Source: Vicugna vicugna | Lineage: Eukaryota | DNA length: 64,000 nt | Reading direction: 5' to 3' | Assembly (NCBI GenBank): GCA_013265495.1 | Contig: MU057809.1 | Coordinates: forward strand, 1,727,062 to 1,791,061 | Part shown: positions 1 through 12,423 of the stretch, piece after piece | How the letters are laid out: each line of letters opens with the position of its first letter | Position numbering within the stretch: the stretch's first letter is position 1 | Notes under the pieces: model-generated | What the model was told of the DNA's origin: nothing | Seen by the model: the letters and a program-made list of their open reading frames with translations, nothing else | Databases searched by the model: none | Translations under genes and position numbers: made by a program

Positions 1-21
1 ACGTCCCCTCCCCTCCCCGAC

Positions 22-69
22 CTGTCAGATTGTTTAGAGTAAGGAAGAAAAGTTGGACACTCGTCAATG
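22..69 (-). other. Candidate 48-nt internal exon (unverified)
   Basis: Minus strand reads ctttcccctcacattctctccag|CATTGACGAG...TCTGACAG|gtcggg. Strong polypyrimidine acceptor, moderate donor, length a multiple of 3, two open frames (xIDECPTFLPYSKQSD / xLTSVQLFFLTLNNLT). No protein recognised. Confidence 0.35.
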
Positions 70-992
70 CTGGAGAGAATGTGAGGGGAAAGCAAGTCTC
101 CTGCCCTGTTGGTGGAGCTCACATCCATCCGGCCTTCCTGGAGAGCCACGTGGCAGCTCCCAGCAAGGCCAAAAATGCACGTGATCAGGCGCCGAATTCC
201 CACGGGTGCCCGCACACCAGGGGGCGTGGAAAGAGAAACACTGCAAAAGAGATACAGCTCAGAAGTCCATCAACAGGAGAAAGACGACTAAGCCCGGTGC
301 GTTCACTGGGTAGACTCCCATAAGCAAGTGTAACAAACAAACAAGGTGTATATAGAGCAACACGGGTAGTTAACAACAACGTAACAGTGAGTGACAGAAC
401 GCAAGTCCTAGGAACCCGAAAGCAGCCCGCACAGCGTTACAGAACGTTCACGGATGCGCGACAGGAGGGCAGAAGCGCCCAGGACCCACCGTCCAGCAGA
501 GGCGGGGGAGAGGGGAGCCCCTGCCTGTAGGATCAGAAGGGACTGAACTTGATCTGTGATGTTTCCTTCACTGTATATTTCAAAAAACACCCCAAGGACA
601 GAAAATGGCATTTGTTAATTTGGGGCGGTGGGCACCTGGGAATCTGCCCTATCAGCTCTGCGCTTTTCCATGTTTTAAACATTTTGAAAAAATTAAAACC
701 ACGTAGAAACAACATACTGAATTTATACGATCCTCTTCAGTTAAGAGCAAGTTGTTTTTAGCCGGTCTGGTAGCAGAAGGAGACAGAACACTCTCCTAAA
801 ATGAATGAATTTCTTGCCAACGTTTCTTGCCTCCAACTCCTGAACCCCGGCCTTTAGAGTTGCATCCAGGAGACCTTTAAAAAAAAATCTGGACCTTGTA
901 GGCAATATTGATCTACATATACCCAGCGACACAGATGGGGAAGAGAGGGCACCAAGCAAATCGATCGATAATGCATTTCTTCGGTGCCTCAC

Positions 993-1142
993 CTTTGATC
1001 ATATGTGCTGATTGAGGGGCTTGTCACTGACTCTTAAAAGCAGTGTTAAATATTAATTATGAGTCATATGGCTTGGTCCCAGGGGGGCCACGCTCTCCCA
1101 CCGCCGGGGGCTGCTGCAGCACCCCCCACCCCGCTCTGCAAC
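993..1142 (-). other. Candidate 150-nt exon (5'UTR-like, unverified)
   Basis: Minus strand: tctaat...ctgcccacgtttccag|GTTGCAG...ATGATCAAAG|gtgagg. Good donor and plausible acceptor/branch point; contains stop codons upstream of the ATG at 1002. Confidence 0.25.
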
Positions 1143-1834
1143 CTGGAAACGTGGGCAGATTTAGATTAGAAATCGCCACGATTTGCTCGCTCTCTGAGCC
1201 TAACCGTGGACAGGACGATTACGGAAACAGAATTCATTGTTCGAACAGGCTGAGCTCATAACATTAGTGTGGATTTTAAAACATCATTTCTTGGCTAGGA
1301 ATTAAAAATAGCTCGTTCTCTCCCCCGCCGAACCCCACCTCCTCTCTCTCTTGCCGGATTTAGACTCTGAGAAACCTTGATGGGTCACCTCCTCGTTAGC
1401 ATTCCTGTAGTGCCTCCTCTTCTCAACATGCCTGAGAAGCATTTCCTTTAAATACCAGTTCTTCGCGACATTCGTGCGCCCAAGCTCCGAGCTATTAGCT
1501 TAATTTTAAAAGCAGGAGATGGAAGCAGGGAGGCAAGGGACCTACCCCAGGGTCCTAAGAAGACTGATTTGGTGATTCCACCAAAACTCAGGACTGTGCC
1601 CCCACACGTGAGCGCACAAGGAGAGAGGACTCGGTTCCTTCGCCTCGCAGGCCCCCTGTCATCTGTCCTCAGTGGGCTCCCTGCCACCTCAGAATTGAAG
1701 ACATTCAAAGTCTTGAAGGCACCTTTTTTTATAGACACGGGAACCAAGGCCTTGGAAGGTGCCCGGCCGGGAGAATGCAGGCCTCCCAGTGCCCGTCTGC
1801 GGTTCCTGCCAAGCTCTCAGCTGCCTTCCTTTTG

Positions 1835-2245
1835 GCATGCGTTGAATTGTGTCCCCCCCTCCCCAGAGTTCACGTCCACCCAGAACCTTGGAATGTGAGC
1901 TTATTTGGAAATAAGCTCTTTGCAGACGTGAGCATTTAAGTTGAGGTGCAGTCACACTGGGTTAGGGGTTGGCCCTAAATCTAATGACAGGGGTCCCTAC
2001 ACACAAGCCACATGAACAGAGGAGAAATGCCATGTGAAGACGGAGGCAGAGATGGGATGGCCAAGGACAGCCAAGGATGGCCGGGAGCCGGCAGCAGCGG
2101 GAAGAGGCAGGAAGTATCCTCCCCCGGGCTTCCGAGGGGGCCCAGCCCTGCCGGCACCCTGATCTCAGGCTCCCAGCCTCCAGAGCTGGGGGAGAGTACG
2201 TCTCCGCTGCTTTGTGGTGTTCTGCTGCGGCAGCCACAGGACGCG
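1835..2245 (+). mobile_element. MaLR solo LTR (MLT1B/C-like)
   Basis: ttgaattgtgtcccc...aatgtgagcttatttggaaataag...gaagacggaggcagagatgg...cagcctccagagctg...gcagccacagga follows the MLT1 layout. Confidence 0.8.
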
Positions 2246-2748
2246 GACATCGCCCTGGGTCTGCCTGCCGCCTTCCACAAGCACGTTTATCTCTGGGGGA
2301 TACCTGTCCTTGGCACCCTGCACTGGCACAGGTCAGGAGTAACAACCCTGCTTTCCCAGTTAGGAAAGCATATTTATGAAGTCCTAGCCTTGGGGCTCCC
2401 TGGTACTGAACCACTCTAAAAAAAAAGATTAAAACTCTTGTGAACAAACGATTCTTTCCAACCAGGGGCCAGAATTGGAGTGCTTTCCCCACAATAAGAG
2501 CAGGTTTTACTCTGACTTTTTGCTTCCTGCCATCTTTCTCTTCTCTTTTCTTTCCTCTTCTGTTCCCCCACCTCTTCACTGCATCAGAACCCCAGATTGC
2601 CAGGTAGGCGTTCCATGGTTTGGGACTCTAAGCTGACCTGGTCTGAGACAGAGAAAACCACCTGGGTGCTGCTTTCTGGTTCATATTCACCCCCTGAAAA
2701 AGTAATTGCTGAAACCCTACTGGGTCAAAATCGCTGAGAAACAAATCA

Positions 2749-3197
2749 CGGGCAGGCCTCGGAGAGAACACCGGTTTGCTGTCAGAGCACCACAAGAAGG
2801 GGAGTCGCACAAGCTTCTGGTTGGCCAGGCGGTAGAAGAGTTACGTCTCCGGTTCACTGTGGCCGTTGCGTGTGCCGTAACATCCTGCCGAAAACAGCAG
2901 TGCACCTGCCTGAGTTAAGAAACACTTTCTTGCGGAAAAGTGTTGACCATCATCTGAGCCCTCAGCACGTCATCATAGTACCTCAGAGGTGACTGACCAC
3001 AGGTCATCATAACAGAGTAATATGGAGAAGTTAGACATATGGTGAGAATCTCAGGGTGTGACACAGACACAGGGGGTGAGCAAATGCTGCTGGAAGAGCG
3101 GCACCGATAGTCTTGGTGGACGCAGGGTTGCCACAGACCTCGAAGTTGTGGGGAAAAGAAACAACGTCTGCAAAACGCAATAAACAGAGTGTGCCTG
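2749..3197. mobile_element. Internally deleted Tigger1-derived DNA transposon with both ends
   Basis: Left end cgggcaggcctcggaga resembles CAGGCATACCTCGGAGA; internal catcatctgagccctcag; right end gacgcagggttgccacagacc...aacgcaataaacagagtgtgcctg matches the other Tigger1 terminus. Confidence 0.75.
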
Positions 3198-3370
3198 TTC
3201 ACTTAATTGAAATGTTCCGAACTGTCAACAGGAGACCCCCAGCTCCCCCTGGGTCCTTGCTGCTGCGATGCTCTAAAAGCTGGCCACAACTTAACGTCCC
3301 GGGACCTCCTTTTGCACAAGAGCTCTTACGTCTCTCTGGTTTCACTCTTGAGATGAAGTTCTTTCCTGAA

Positions 3371-3530
3371 CCAGTGCTTCTCGAGCTTCGGCATGCTCAC
3401 CACCTGTGAGCCTCAGTAAATCGCCACAGGGGTGGTTTCTGATGCCCCAGGTTAGGGGGCGCTGCATGTCTAACAAGCTCCCGGGTGATGCCCGGCTGGT
3501 GGTCTCGGGACCACGCGCTGTGAGAGCCCG
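3371..3530. mobile_element. MER5A-like hAT-Charlie MITE
   Basis: ccagtgcttctcgagctt...tgcatgtctaacaagctcccgggtgatgc...gggaccacgc. Confidence 0.65.
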
Positions 3531-5007
3531 GTCACCTGTCATCTTTGGCCCATGAATGACTTCCTGGCTCCCCGGCTCACCCCTCTAAAGCCAACAGGTC
3601 ACTAACATCACCTTATGGCCTGGGAGCAAGATGTATATTGATGGCATGTGACGAAGGGAATGAGGCAGGCACAGAGAGGTCAAGCATTTGATTGTTATGG
3701 CTTCTGATTCCCTCTGCCTCTGGGGGCTGGGGAGCCGGACCAGCAATGCAGAGGAAAGCGTGTGCCTGAAGAATTCTTTGGTGCCCCCTCAGCCCTTTTG
3801 ATAAACAAGCATCTTGCACGTAATAATCAGGGTACCGCCGTAAGGAACGCTGTTATAATCAGAGGTGATGTGAGTTGCCCCAAACCTTGACGATCACCTG
3901 CCTTTGGAAGCGTTGTGAGTGAACAGGCTGGTGTCTCTTCCCGGGCAATGCCCCTCCAGCTTCGACAGTCAGCGCTGTTGCTCCATTCCCATCAGGCGTT
4001 CACAAAGTCTGTACAGTTTCACCCATGTCATTCGTTTCTCATGCAGCAAGGCTACTGGGTGCAGTGGAAATCTTCACGTTCAAGGACTGGGGCAGCAACG
4101 TGGGCAGCAATCAGAAATTCAGAAATTAAAAGCGGGAACAATCATGACAATAGGGAGCACGTAGCATAGTCATCTACATTAATGCAGTTAGCCGTCCAGC
4201 ACCGGTCTCTCAGATGGCAAAGCACACGCCACACGGGAGGAGGAACGAGAAGGGAGCCTCGCTGCGACTTATCCTGAGCAACGTCGCTCCTGGAAAGGAC
4301 CACATTCTGCTTCGTAATCATCTACTAAGAACGCTGTTGCAAAATGCAGAGGCAGGATGCAGGTTATGGGGAGCAGCATGGGGCCACGTGGCAACAGGGG
4401 CGGGAGAAGGGGAAGGTGCTGTGTTCTGGTTCTGAAACGGCTGCCCCAGGTCACATCCACTGAGGAGCAGAGAGGCAGGGGACAAGGAAGAGAGAGATGA
4501 CAAGGAGGCATCCTGCTCCGGTGAGGACTGAGTATTTCATACCTCCAAGGCCAAAAATAAGAGCTGCTTCAAGAAGGCCAAGAATGACCTTCACAGGGAG
4601 GTCTCACGGGTCCTTGTTGCAGCCTGTGGTCTGGCGTCTGCTGCACTTTGGAGCCCAGGGAACAGCCTCGGAGAGGATAAACTATCTTCCTGAAGCCTTT
4701 CAACTCATACTGGCAGACGTCTACGTAGATCTCCACCCAGCATCTCACCCTAGTTTGGGGTTGAATGGAAACAGCTTTCTGAACAATTAAGGCACAACTA
4801 GGTATTGCTAATGAATTTTATGTCCCATAGAATTTTTGCCAGGTTATCTTAAGCCATGGTAGGCTGCCCAGTACCCTGATGCTCAAAATGGTACCTTAGG
4901 GAGGGAAGGAAGACACAAAAGGAAGGGAGGGCAGAGAACCCGAGGGAGGAGCAGGGAAGCCGGTTGGTGAGCTTGGCCTGCGGGGATGAGCCTCAGTGCA
5001 GCACTCT

Positions 5008-5355
5008 GAGGAAATGCTTCCAGTTTTTCACCAGAGTGTGATATTAACTGTGGGTGTGTCCCATGTGGCCTTCATTATGTTGAGGTGTGTTCCCTCTGTG
5101 CCTGCTTTCTGCACAGTTTTTATCGTAAATGGATGTTAAATTTTATCAAAAGCTTTTGCTGCACCTTTTGAGATGGTCATATGGTTTTTTTCTTCGGTGT
5201 GTTAATGTGATGTATCATGTTGATTTGCAGATGTTGAAAAATCCTCGCATTCCTGGGATAAATCCCACGATGATCCTATTAACATACTGTTGGATTTGTT
5301 TTGCTAGTATTTTGTTGAGGATTTTTGCATCTGTGTTCATCAGTGATATTGGCCT
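5008..5355 (-). mobile_element. L1 ORF2 (reverse transcriptase N-terminal) fragment
   Basis: Minus-strand translation [24 protein letters not shown]...[16 protein letters not shown] is the canonical L1 RT motif; degraded, with deletions. Confidence 0.92.
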
Positions 5356-5367
5356 ATTGCTTCCAAC

Positions 5368-5558
5368 AGAAGCCCAGGACCTGAAGGCTTCACAGGTGAG
5401 TTCCACCAAACATTTAGAGAAGAGTTAACACTGATCCTTGTAAAACTCTTCCCAAGAAGCGCAGAGGAAGGAGCGCTTCTGAACTCATTCTAAGAGGCCA
5501 GCATCACCTTGAGACCAAAACCAGACACGTGTATCACGCGAAAAAAGGAAAATCACAG
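5368..5558 (+). mobile_element. L1 ORF2 fragment, inverted relative to 5008-5355
   Basis: agcccaggacctgaaggcttcacaggtgagttccaccaaacatttagagaagag... encodes [20 protein letters not shown], the L1 ORF2 segment immediately upstream of RPISL. Confidence 0.9.
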
Positions 5559-6564
5559 TGCAGCACTTAGAAATGTCGCCCTGGCTCCGTTCAGGACGCC
5601 TTTGTCTTGCAGGCTGGCGACTCCTCCCTTGGCCAGCGCTGCCCTAGAGCTCCATTCCAGGTAGACGCCTGGACACGAACCCACCTGCGGGCACAGCAGG
5701 GCACCCCCTGCCGGCCTCCCTCAGCCTGCCGCCCCCCCCAGCACGACGCGTTCCCAACAGTCGCCAGGTCCTCCAGCAGCGTTTCAAACATCTCCAGACT
5801 CTGTCCCCTACCCGACCCCCGACTGCAAGGCTCCAACCTGCACCCGTCCATTGAGTCACTGGACAAAAACGGAGCCAGGTGTGGATTCCGGGCAGTCCTC
5901 CCAGGACAGCAGAGCAGATTATCCGAAACTTCCACCAGCCCTGCTTAACCCGCCATCAGCGGTTCTAAACCCAGAAGGCCCAGAAGGCCCTCCACGACCA
6001 AGGTGCTCCTGATCCTAACTCGCCAGACTCCGCATGCGCGGCCTCCCAGCCTCCCTCCGAGCCACGCTCTGTCTCTGCACACAGATGCGCCTCCCACATC
6101 CCTCCTCGGCAGGCCCATGCCTCTCTCCCGGCCCCGCTGGGAGGGCAACCCCAGCCCCGCCGAGGGGCCGTCTGACCCCAGAGCCCTCCTCAGGGCAGGA
6201 GGAGGCCTGGATGAAGCTGCACCCAGCGCCTCTGCCCGCCCCCCAACGCCCGCTTCCTCCCCTCTGCTCCCCAGCGTGAGCCCCCTTCTCAGTAAAGAGC
6301 CTGCATGCCGCAGCCGGATCCACCTCAGGGAACCCTACCTGGGGAGAGGCGGAGGTCAAGGGCAGCTGGTGCCGGGGGCAGGGCAGCAGGTGAAGCAGAA
6401 GGAGGCCCCAGTGCGCGTGTTCTCTTGCCCCGGGAGCCCGCAAGGCATCCGTGGAGGCTGGAGGTGGAGCAACGGGATGGGAAATTAGATGGTGCACCTG
6501 CCTGCCCTGTGCCTGCCAGTGGGGTTCTCTGTCCTCTCCGCCGCACTCGTTCACCGCACAGGTG

Positions 6565-6925
6565 TATTAGCTTGTCCTTTATTTTCTGCTCTGATGTTTT
6601 CACAGCTGGCACTTTGCTGACCCTGCAGGGACTGCCCCTCCCAGGGTGGTGGGGTCCTAGCGACAACAAACTTTCCCCCTGCGAGCACGCCTGTCAAATG
6701 CAAACCAGCCAACCCGGAGCCCACCCCACCCCTCCTCCAGGGGCTCCCACACTCTGGGCCACTGTATCCCCCTGCCCCCGNNNNNNNNNNNNNNNNNNNN
6801 NNNNNNNNNNNNNNNNNGTCCCCCAGGGCAGGTACCAGAAGACCAGCGACAGCCACTGTGCCCCAGGGCCCACTGACATGATGCAAACTAGCTGGTCCCA
6901 AGCCTGCCCGCCCTGCTCATCCTTG
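6565..6925 (+). mobile_element. MER74-like ERVL LTR (partial, spans gap)
   Basis: gactgcccctcccaggg...atgcaaaccagccaacccggagccc...ccccagggcaggtaccaga...caaactagctggtcccaagcctgc; similar to the copies at 19.9 and 31.1 kb. Confidence 0.75.
6781..6817. other. Assembly gap (37 N)
   Basis: Run of N. Confidence 1.
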
Positions 6926-7529
6926 AGGGGGCGAGCAGATGGCTGACTCTGCCCATCAGACCAGGAGGCCAGTGACCCGCACGGACCAGCTGTCCCAGGA
7001 AGGGACAGAGCCTTGGGGGACGCAGTTCCCGAAGGGCTCACAGCTGAAGGCGGTCTGCCCACAGCATGGCCAGCAGCTGGGGAGACGGGTTCCTCCCTGA
7101 AGGGCAGCCGGGTGGCCTCACAGCGCCATCACCCTCCTCACCTGGACTCTTCAATCAGTAAACCACCCTTATTAAAACGCTCCCTCGCTCACATTATTTT
7201 GCTGTCTTATTTGCACTCACTGTGTGTCTTTCACATATTTTGCATTTGCTGGTATCACAGGTTAATTGCAATAGCGGAGAACCTTACCGTTGAGTGTGCA
7301 CACACACCCCCTCGGGTGAGTGCACGAAGTGTTAAATAATTAGGTTATTGGGGTTTTAAATGCCTGATGTTACGCAAAATTACTCGGTGGACTGTTAGGT
7401 GGGTGTTGGGGAGAGTTTTATTAATTTGGGGGACTTGCCTGGGGTTTCAAACAGGCTGGGCGTGCATTATGGTATTACGCTGCTTAAAATAATGGAATAT
7501 AGTTTCCTATCAGCTAAAATGTTGCTCTA

Positions 7530-8800
7530 TGACCCGTTTTAAAGAGCAGCTCAGGGTGGCTTTTCACTCAGCCGTTGAGCACGTACAGCTGCCATTTGTT
7601 CTTTTAAACTGTTTCGTGATATCCCATAATATGGCCGTCCACAATTTACGAAGTGACTCTGTATGCATGAAAATTTAGTTTGTTTCCACTTCCCCTCAAT
7701 TAAAAACAATCCCCTTTTTTCCTTTTAAATTATATTTATTTGTAAATTTAAGTACAGTTGATTAACAGTATTGTATTCATGTCTGGTGTGCAGCACGGTG
7801 ATTCAGTTATACGTATATACACACATAGTCTTTTTCACATTCTTTTCCACTGTAGTTTATTATAAGATACTGAGTACAGTTCCCTGTGCTGTATAGTAGG
7901 ACCTTGTTGTTCATCTGTTTCATACATAGTAGTTTGTATCTGCTAATCCCAGACTCCTAGTTTACCCCTCCCCCACCCCTTTCCCCACTGGTCACCATAA
8001 GCTTGCCTTCTATGTGTGTGAGTCTGTTTCTGTTTTGCAAATAAGTTCATTTGTGTCATATTTTAGATTCTGCATACGAGTGATACCATATGGTAGTTGT
8101 CTTTCTCTTTCTGACCTACTTCACTTAGTGTGATGATCTCTAGGTCCATCTGTGTGGCTGCAAAGGGCATTATTTCATTCCTTTTTTATGGCTGAGTAGT
8201 GTTTCATTCTATAAATATACCAGTGCTGCTGTGGACACTGGGGTGCACGTGTCTTTCCCCAGACATATGCCCAGGAGGGGGATTGCTGGATCATATGGCA
8301 ACTCTATTTTTAGTTAAAAAAAATCCTTTAACAACCTTGAACTGTTTCCACTTTTTGTCTCCACTGCAGTGTTGTGGGAACACTTCACTGTCCTTACCTC
8401 AAACAATGCTGCCACTGCCGCCCGGTACATAACTTTCGTGACTGTTGATCTGATTTGTGTAGGACAGTCTCAGAAGTGAGGCTGCTTACCTATTAAAATG
8501 TAAAAGGTAAGTCCTTTAAGCGTTGTGAAGTTGATTCCTGTAAATGTTGCTGTATTTCACCCTCTGTCGCCAGGTACACGAGCACCTGGTTTTCCACATT
8601 CTTGCCGGCTTTCGATGTTGTTGCCCTTTTAATTATTTGTTAATGTACCTGAAGAATCGTAGCTCATCATCCACTTAACTTAACAACATCCATCCTTTCC
8701 TCGGTGGCTTGTGAGTTGGAGTGACTTTTCCAGAGCTGGATAGGCAATTTTGATTTCCTTCTCTGTCAATTGTCTGTTTCTATGTTTTTGGACTACTTTT
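7530..8800 (-). mobile_element. Old L1 (L1ME-like) fragments interrupted by a younger L1
   Basis: Degenerate tgtttccact..., aacaatgctgc, ttccacattcttgcc, tctgtcaattgtctgtt motifs flank the younger L1 at 7722-8315. Confidence 0.5.
7722..8315 (-). mobile_element. L1 3' end, cetartiodactyl type
   Basis: gtacagttccctgtgctgtatagtaggacc...gagtctgtttctgttttgcaaataagttcatttg...cacttagtgtgatgatctctaggtccatc...ggattgctggatcatatgg. Confidence 0.9.
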
Positions 8801-8807
8801 TTCTAAA

Positions 8808-8940
8808 GTCTCGGTTTCCTCATCCACAAAATGGGGGGACAACAGTACCTGCCTCTTGGGAGTTGTGACAATTTACGGAGTCAACGCACAGAAGGCGCTT
8901 GGCCAGGCACCTTGCAACAGGGAAGTGGTATTATTATTCC
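8808..8940 (+). mobile_element. MIR SINE
   Basis: ctcggtttcctcatccacaaaatgggg...cagtacctgcctc core. Confidence 0.75.
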
Positions 8941-9164
8941 TGCACGGGGGGGTGCCAGACCCTGGGTGGCGATTCCATCACTCTTTTGCGCTCCATCTGG
9001 GGGGCTGGGCCTGGGAACAGAAAGGCCAGGTGAGGATGATGGGACAACTATGTCGTGGACTAGCGGGAGGCAGGAGCCTGCAGCAGGGGGACCTCGAATA
9101 GGAGCTAAGCCTGGAGAGCTGAAGGTTCCAGAAAGATGGGGCTGATCCCGGGAGCAGTCACGGA

Positions 9165-9355
9165 GAATATGTTCATGGAGTACCTCCCGTGTTCCGAGGA
9201 CTTCGCCGCAACAACATCACGGTGAGATGGGACCAGTTGTTTATCCCCGTCCTGAGCCTCAGAGGGGCTGAGCGAGTTGCCCAAGGTCACACAGAATGTG
9301 AACGGTAGGGCAGCAACGTGAACCCAAGATGGTCTGACCCCAACCCCTAAACTCC
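9165..9355 (-). mobile_element. MIR SINE
   Basis: gagttgcccaaggtcacacag...tgaacccaagatggtctgacccca. Confidence 0.7.
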
Positions 9356-10669
9356 CCACTGGCTCCGCTTAAGAGATTGGACTGACTGGTATCCAAGCAA
9401 CCCTGCCTGTAGGTCAGGGACCCCCTGACCACCTGGGTTGGGCTGTGAAGCCCAAACCGTTGCCTTTTCTTGATTTCTTTGCTAGAATTTAGGAAGCAAA
9501 TTGAAAGCTCCTGAAGTTGTGCAGCCTCTGCATTTCTAAATCAAGCAGGCGATGCATTTGTTACCACACTAATTGGAGCAGAAATTAACCGAAATGCTGA
9601 GTTTTAGTGGAGAGCGGTTCTGCTGCAGGTGTCAGTAATTAGCAAAGAATGAGTCATTTGATGTTTGTAGACACAGCCTTCTCAACTTTCTATTCAAAAA
9701 TAAACTTTGTGGGCATATTGTTCCGAACGGCTCCTGCTAATCCATGTGTCTATCTGATGTTGTAATTCAGTATAAATATTTTAAAGAAATCAGTAACGCT
9801 GTCCTCCAGCAGCCGTACACAAATGAAATTTTCAAAAATGAAGAGAGAATAAAATATTTCTTAGTGAGAAAGGCAGACACCTGCAAGACAGCCACCCAGA
9901 AGCGACTGCTTTTTTGGGGGGTCTCTCTCTTTCTTTTGGTTTCTTGGGGTATAAATAATTTACCTCTAATGCCCTGTTCTGAGAAGGGACTGAGAAAATA
10001 AAATAGGCAGAATGCCAGTGGATATCTGCGGGCTTGGGAAGTGGCACAGGAAAGCCCACTTAGACTGCACAATCGCGGGTTAGCCCAGAACGCCCCTGCT
10101 CGGCTGGTCCCAGGTCTGAGATGGGAGGATAGAAAAGGAGACTTACATGGACATAGAGATGCCTGAAGAAGCAGAATCTGCTCCTTTTTCAAACCGCGTT
10201 AGTCAGCTTCGCGCTCAGCGGGGGAAACGGCCGCGGGCAGTATTCCCCCAGGAGCAGTGGTTGTGCTTGTGCGCTGGTGTGCAGGGGCCTGTGGATGTGC
10301 AGGTGTGTTTGAAGGCTTGGATCCGGTGTCTGTGTCAAACATATCCTTACAAGGCACACTCCTCCCCGTGGAAACTGGGTTCGGGTTTCTCACTCTTCAC
10401 CAGGCATGGTGCCTGGCCCTTCCTTCCTACCACCTGGCTGGGTTCTAACACATTCTCTGCTTACTGCTGCTCTGTCCATGAACCGTGCATCTGCATGTGG
10501 GCAGATCTTGGATTGACCGGGTGGGGTGCTGCTGTCTGTGGCAAGAGGAGGGGACCCTATCTTTCCCCAGCCCTGTCAATCCTGATGGCTACGTGTTAGA
10601 AGCTGCCAAACATGTAGGGGAAGTTGGTCCAACAGACGCCATCCAGCTGTTCAGCGTCCTTAAAGATAA

Positions 10670-11716
10670 CTAGCACAGTGGATCGAAACACATCAAATAT
10701 GTTTAAACCCATGAGTCCATGATGTTTAAAGAGGAAAGAAACCCCTCACTGACCTCCTTTGGAGGATGCCAGGGTGCCAACTCATTTCAAAAATTGATCA
10801 ATAAAGGGGGAAAAATCAAGCGTGTATCCTGCCTTTCCCCCAGCATGTGCACCTCCGGCCAGGTGACTGCATGTGGATGAGAGGAGGGTCCTCCCTCTGG
10901 AAGTATTCCAGCTAGTCAATGAAGAGGAAGGTGGAATTCAAATAGGACCATCTTGCAGCCTCGAATGAATTCATGGACCCACGTGATGGCCATTAAAGGC
11001 CATTGACACTGCCTCACCCCTGAAGACACAGATGGAGCATTCTGGGTCCCAACAGAAGGACGCAGCCCTGCGTGATGCAATGTCCTTGCCCCCAACCAAA
11101 ACCTGAAGCTCATCAATCCCCTAGACCCAATTCCAATCTTCAGGAAAAAAGAGGACAGAGGAACTCCTTAAATGACACCACGGAGACGAAACCATCAAGA
11201 TCTAGACGGTGGCAAACTCTTTACAGCAGGTGATTCCATGTCTTCATTAAATAATTTAATTAAATGATCACTTAACTAAATAATTGCGCAGAAAAGGAGG
11301 GGCACAGATCAGAAGAGACAGAAGGGAAGGGGCAACCAATCACGATGTCCGGGTCATCTTTTGACCCTAATTCTCATTTAAAAACAATAAAAGAAAAGTA
11401 TCTCGAACAGTTAGAGGACTTCGATCACTGGCTGGATATTTGATGATGCTAAGAAATCATCGTGAGTATTTTTAGGTGAGATAATGGTATTGTGCTTACG
11501 TTTTCTTAAAAGATGGATACTGAAATATTTACAGATTAAATGACAGAATGCCCAGGACTTGCCTCAAAGAATCCAGAGCCCACTGGGGATGGGCTGTGAG
11601 ATGGACCAGGATCAGCAGTGAGCTGGAGGGTGTTGCAGCTGGGTGAGGGTTCACGGCGGTTCAGTGAGTGTTCTTTGCCTTTGTAGACGTTTCAGATTTT
11701 TCCGCAGTGAAAAGTC
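10670..11716 (+). mobile_element. L1MC4/5-like 3' end
   Basis: aaacacatcaaatatgtttaaacccatgag...gaagtattccagcta...tggatatttgatgat...ttttaggtgagataatggtattgtg...actgaaatatttacaga. Confidence 0.8.
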
Positions 11717-12211
11717 TGACTCTTTGGAAGCAAGTCATTGTTATCCCCAGGAGACAGTAATGCACGTGGTTGGAACACAGGCTTTTGGCTTCAGAAAGAC
11801 CTAAGTGCATCCACCTATAAAATGAGCTGATAACAGCCCCTGTCCCATAGGATTACTGGGAAGGCTCCATAAAATAATGTCAGTCTGGTGCACTGCATGT
11901 ATGGTCCCTGGATTATTTCGTTCCGAAGACCCCGTGAAACGGATCCATTAGAGCAGGTGAGATGTCTTTCGCAGCTAGAACAGGCGAGGGGGTGGGTGGA
12001 GACACAGCAGGAAGAAAGCTGCTAAGAATGGAACAGAAGGAAGAAAAAAAAGTCATCCTTTAACTGAAAAACGACACTTCTTTTCAGACAGATGCGTCCA
12101 GTTCACCCCAATAACCGGGGTGGACAGAGGGGGGATTTCTGCAGTTGGAGATGGTTCTGGACCTGTGAATGACACTGAGGGGTCCTGAGGGGAACTAGAG
12201 ATTGAGTCTTC

Positions 12212-12423
12212 TAGAGCAGGGTTTGTAGGCACACTTTTTTGGTAAAGAATCAGGTATTAAATATTTAACTTTGTGGGAAGGACTCAACTCTATGCTTGGA
12301 GCGCAGAAGGTAGCCCGGGGCCAGGTATAAAGGAATGGGTTTGGCCGTGTTCCATTAAAACATCCTTCACAAAAACAGGCAGGGCCTGTGTCTGCCGGCT
12401 GTGACCGGAGCAGCCCTGTTCTG
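12212..12423. mobile_element. MER58A-like hAT-Charlie MITE
   Basis: cagggtttgtaggcacac...actcaactctatg...aatgggtttggccgtgttccattaaaac...aaaacaggc. Confidence 0.75.
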
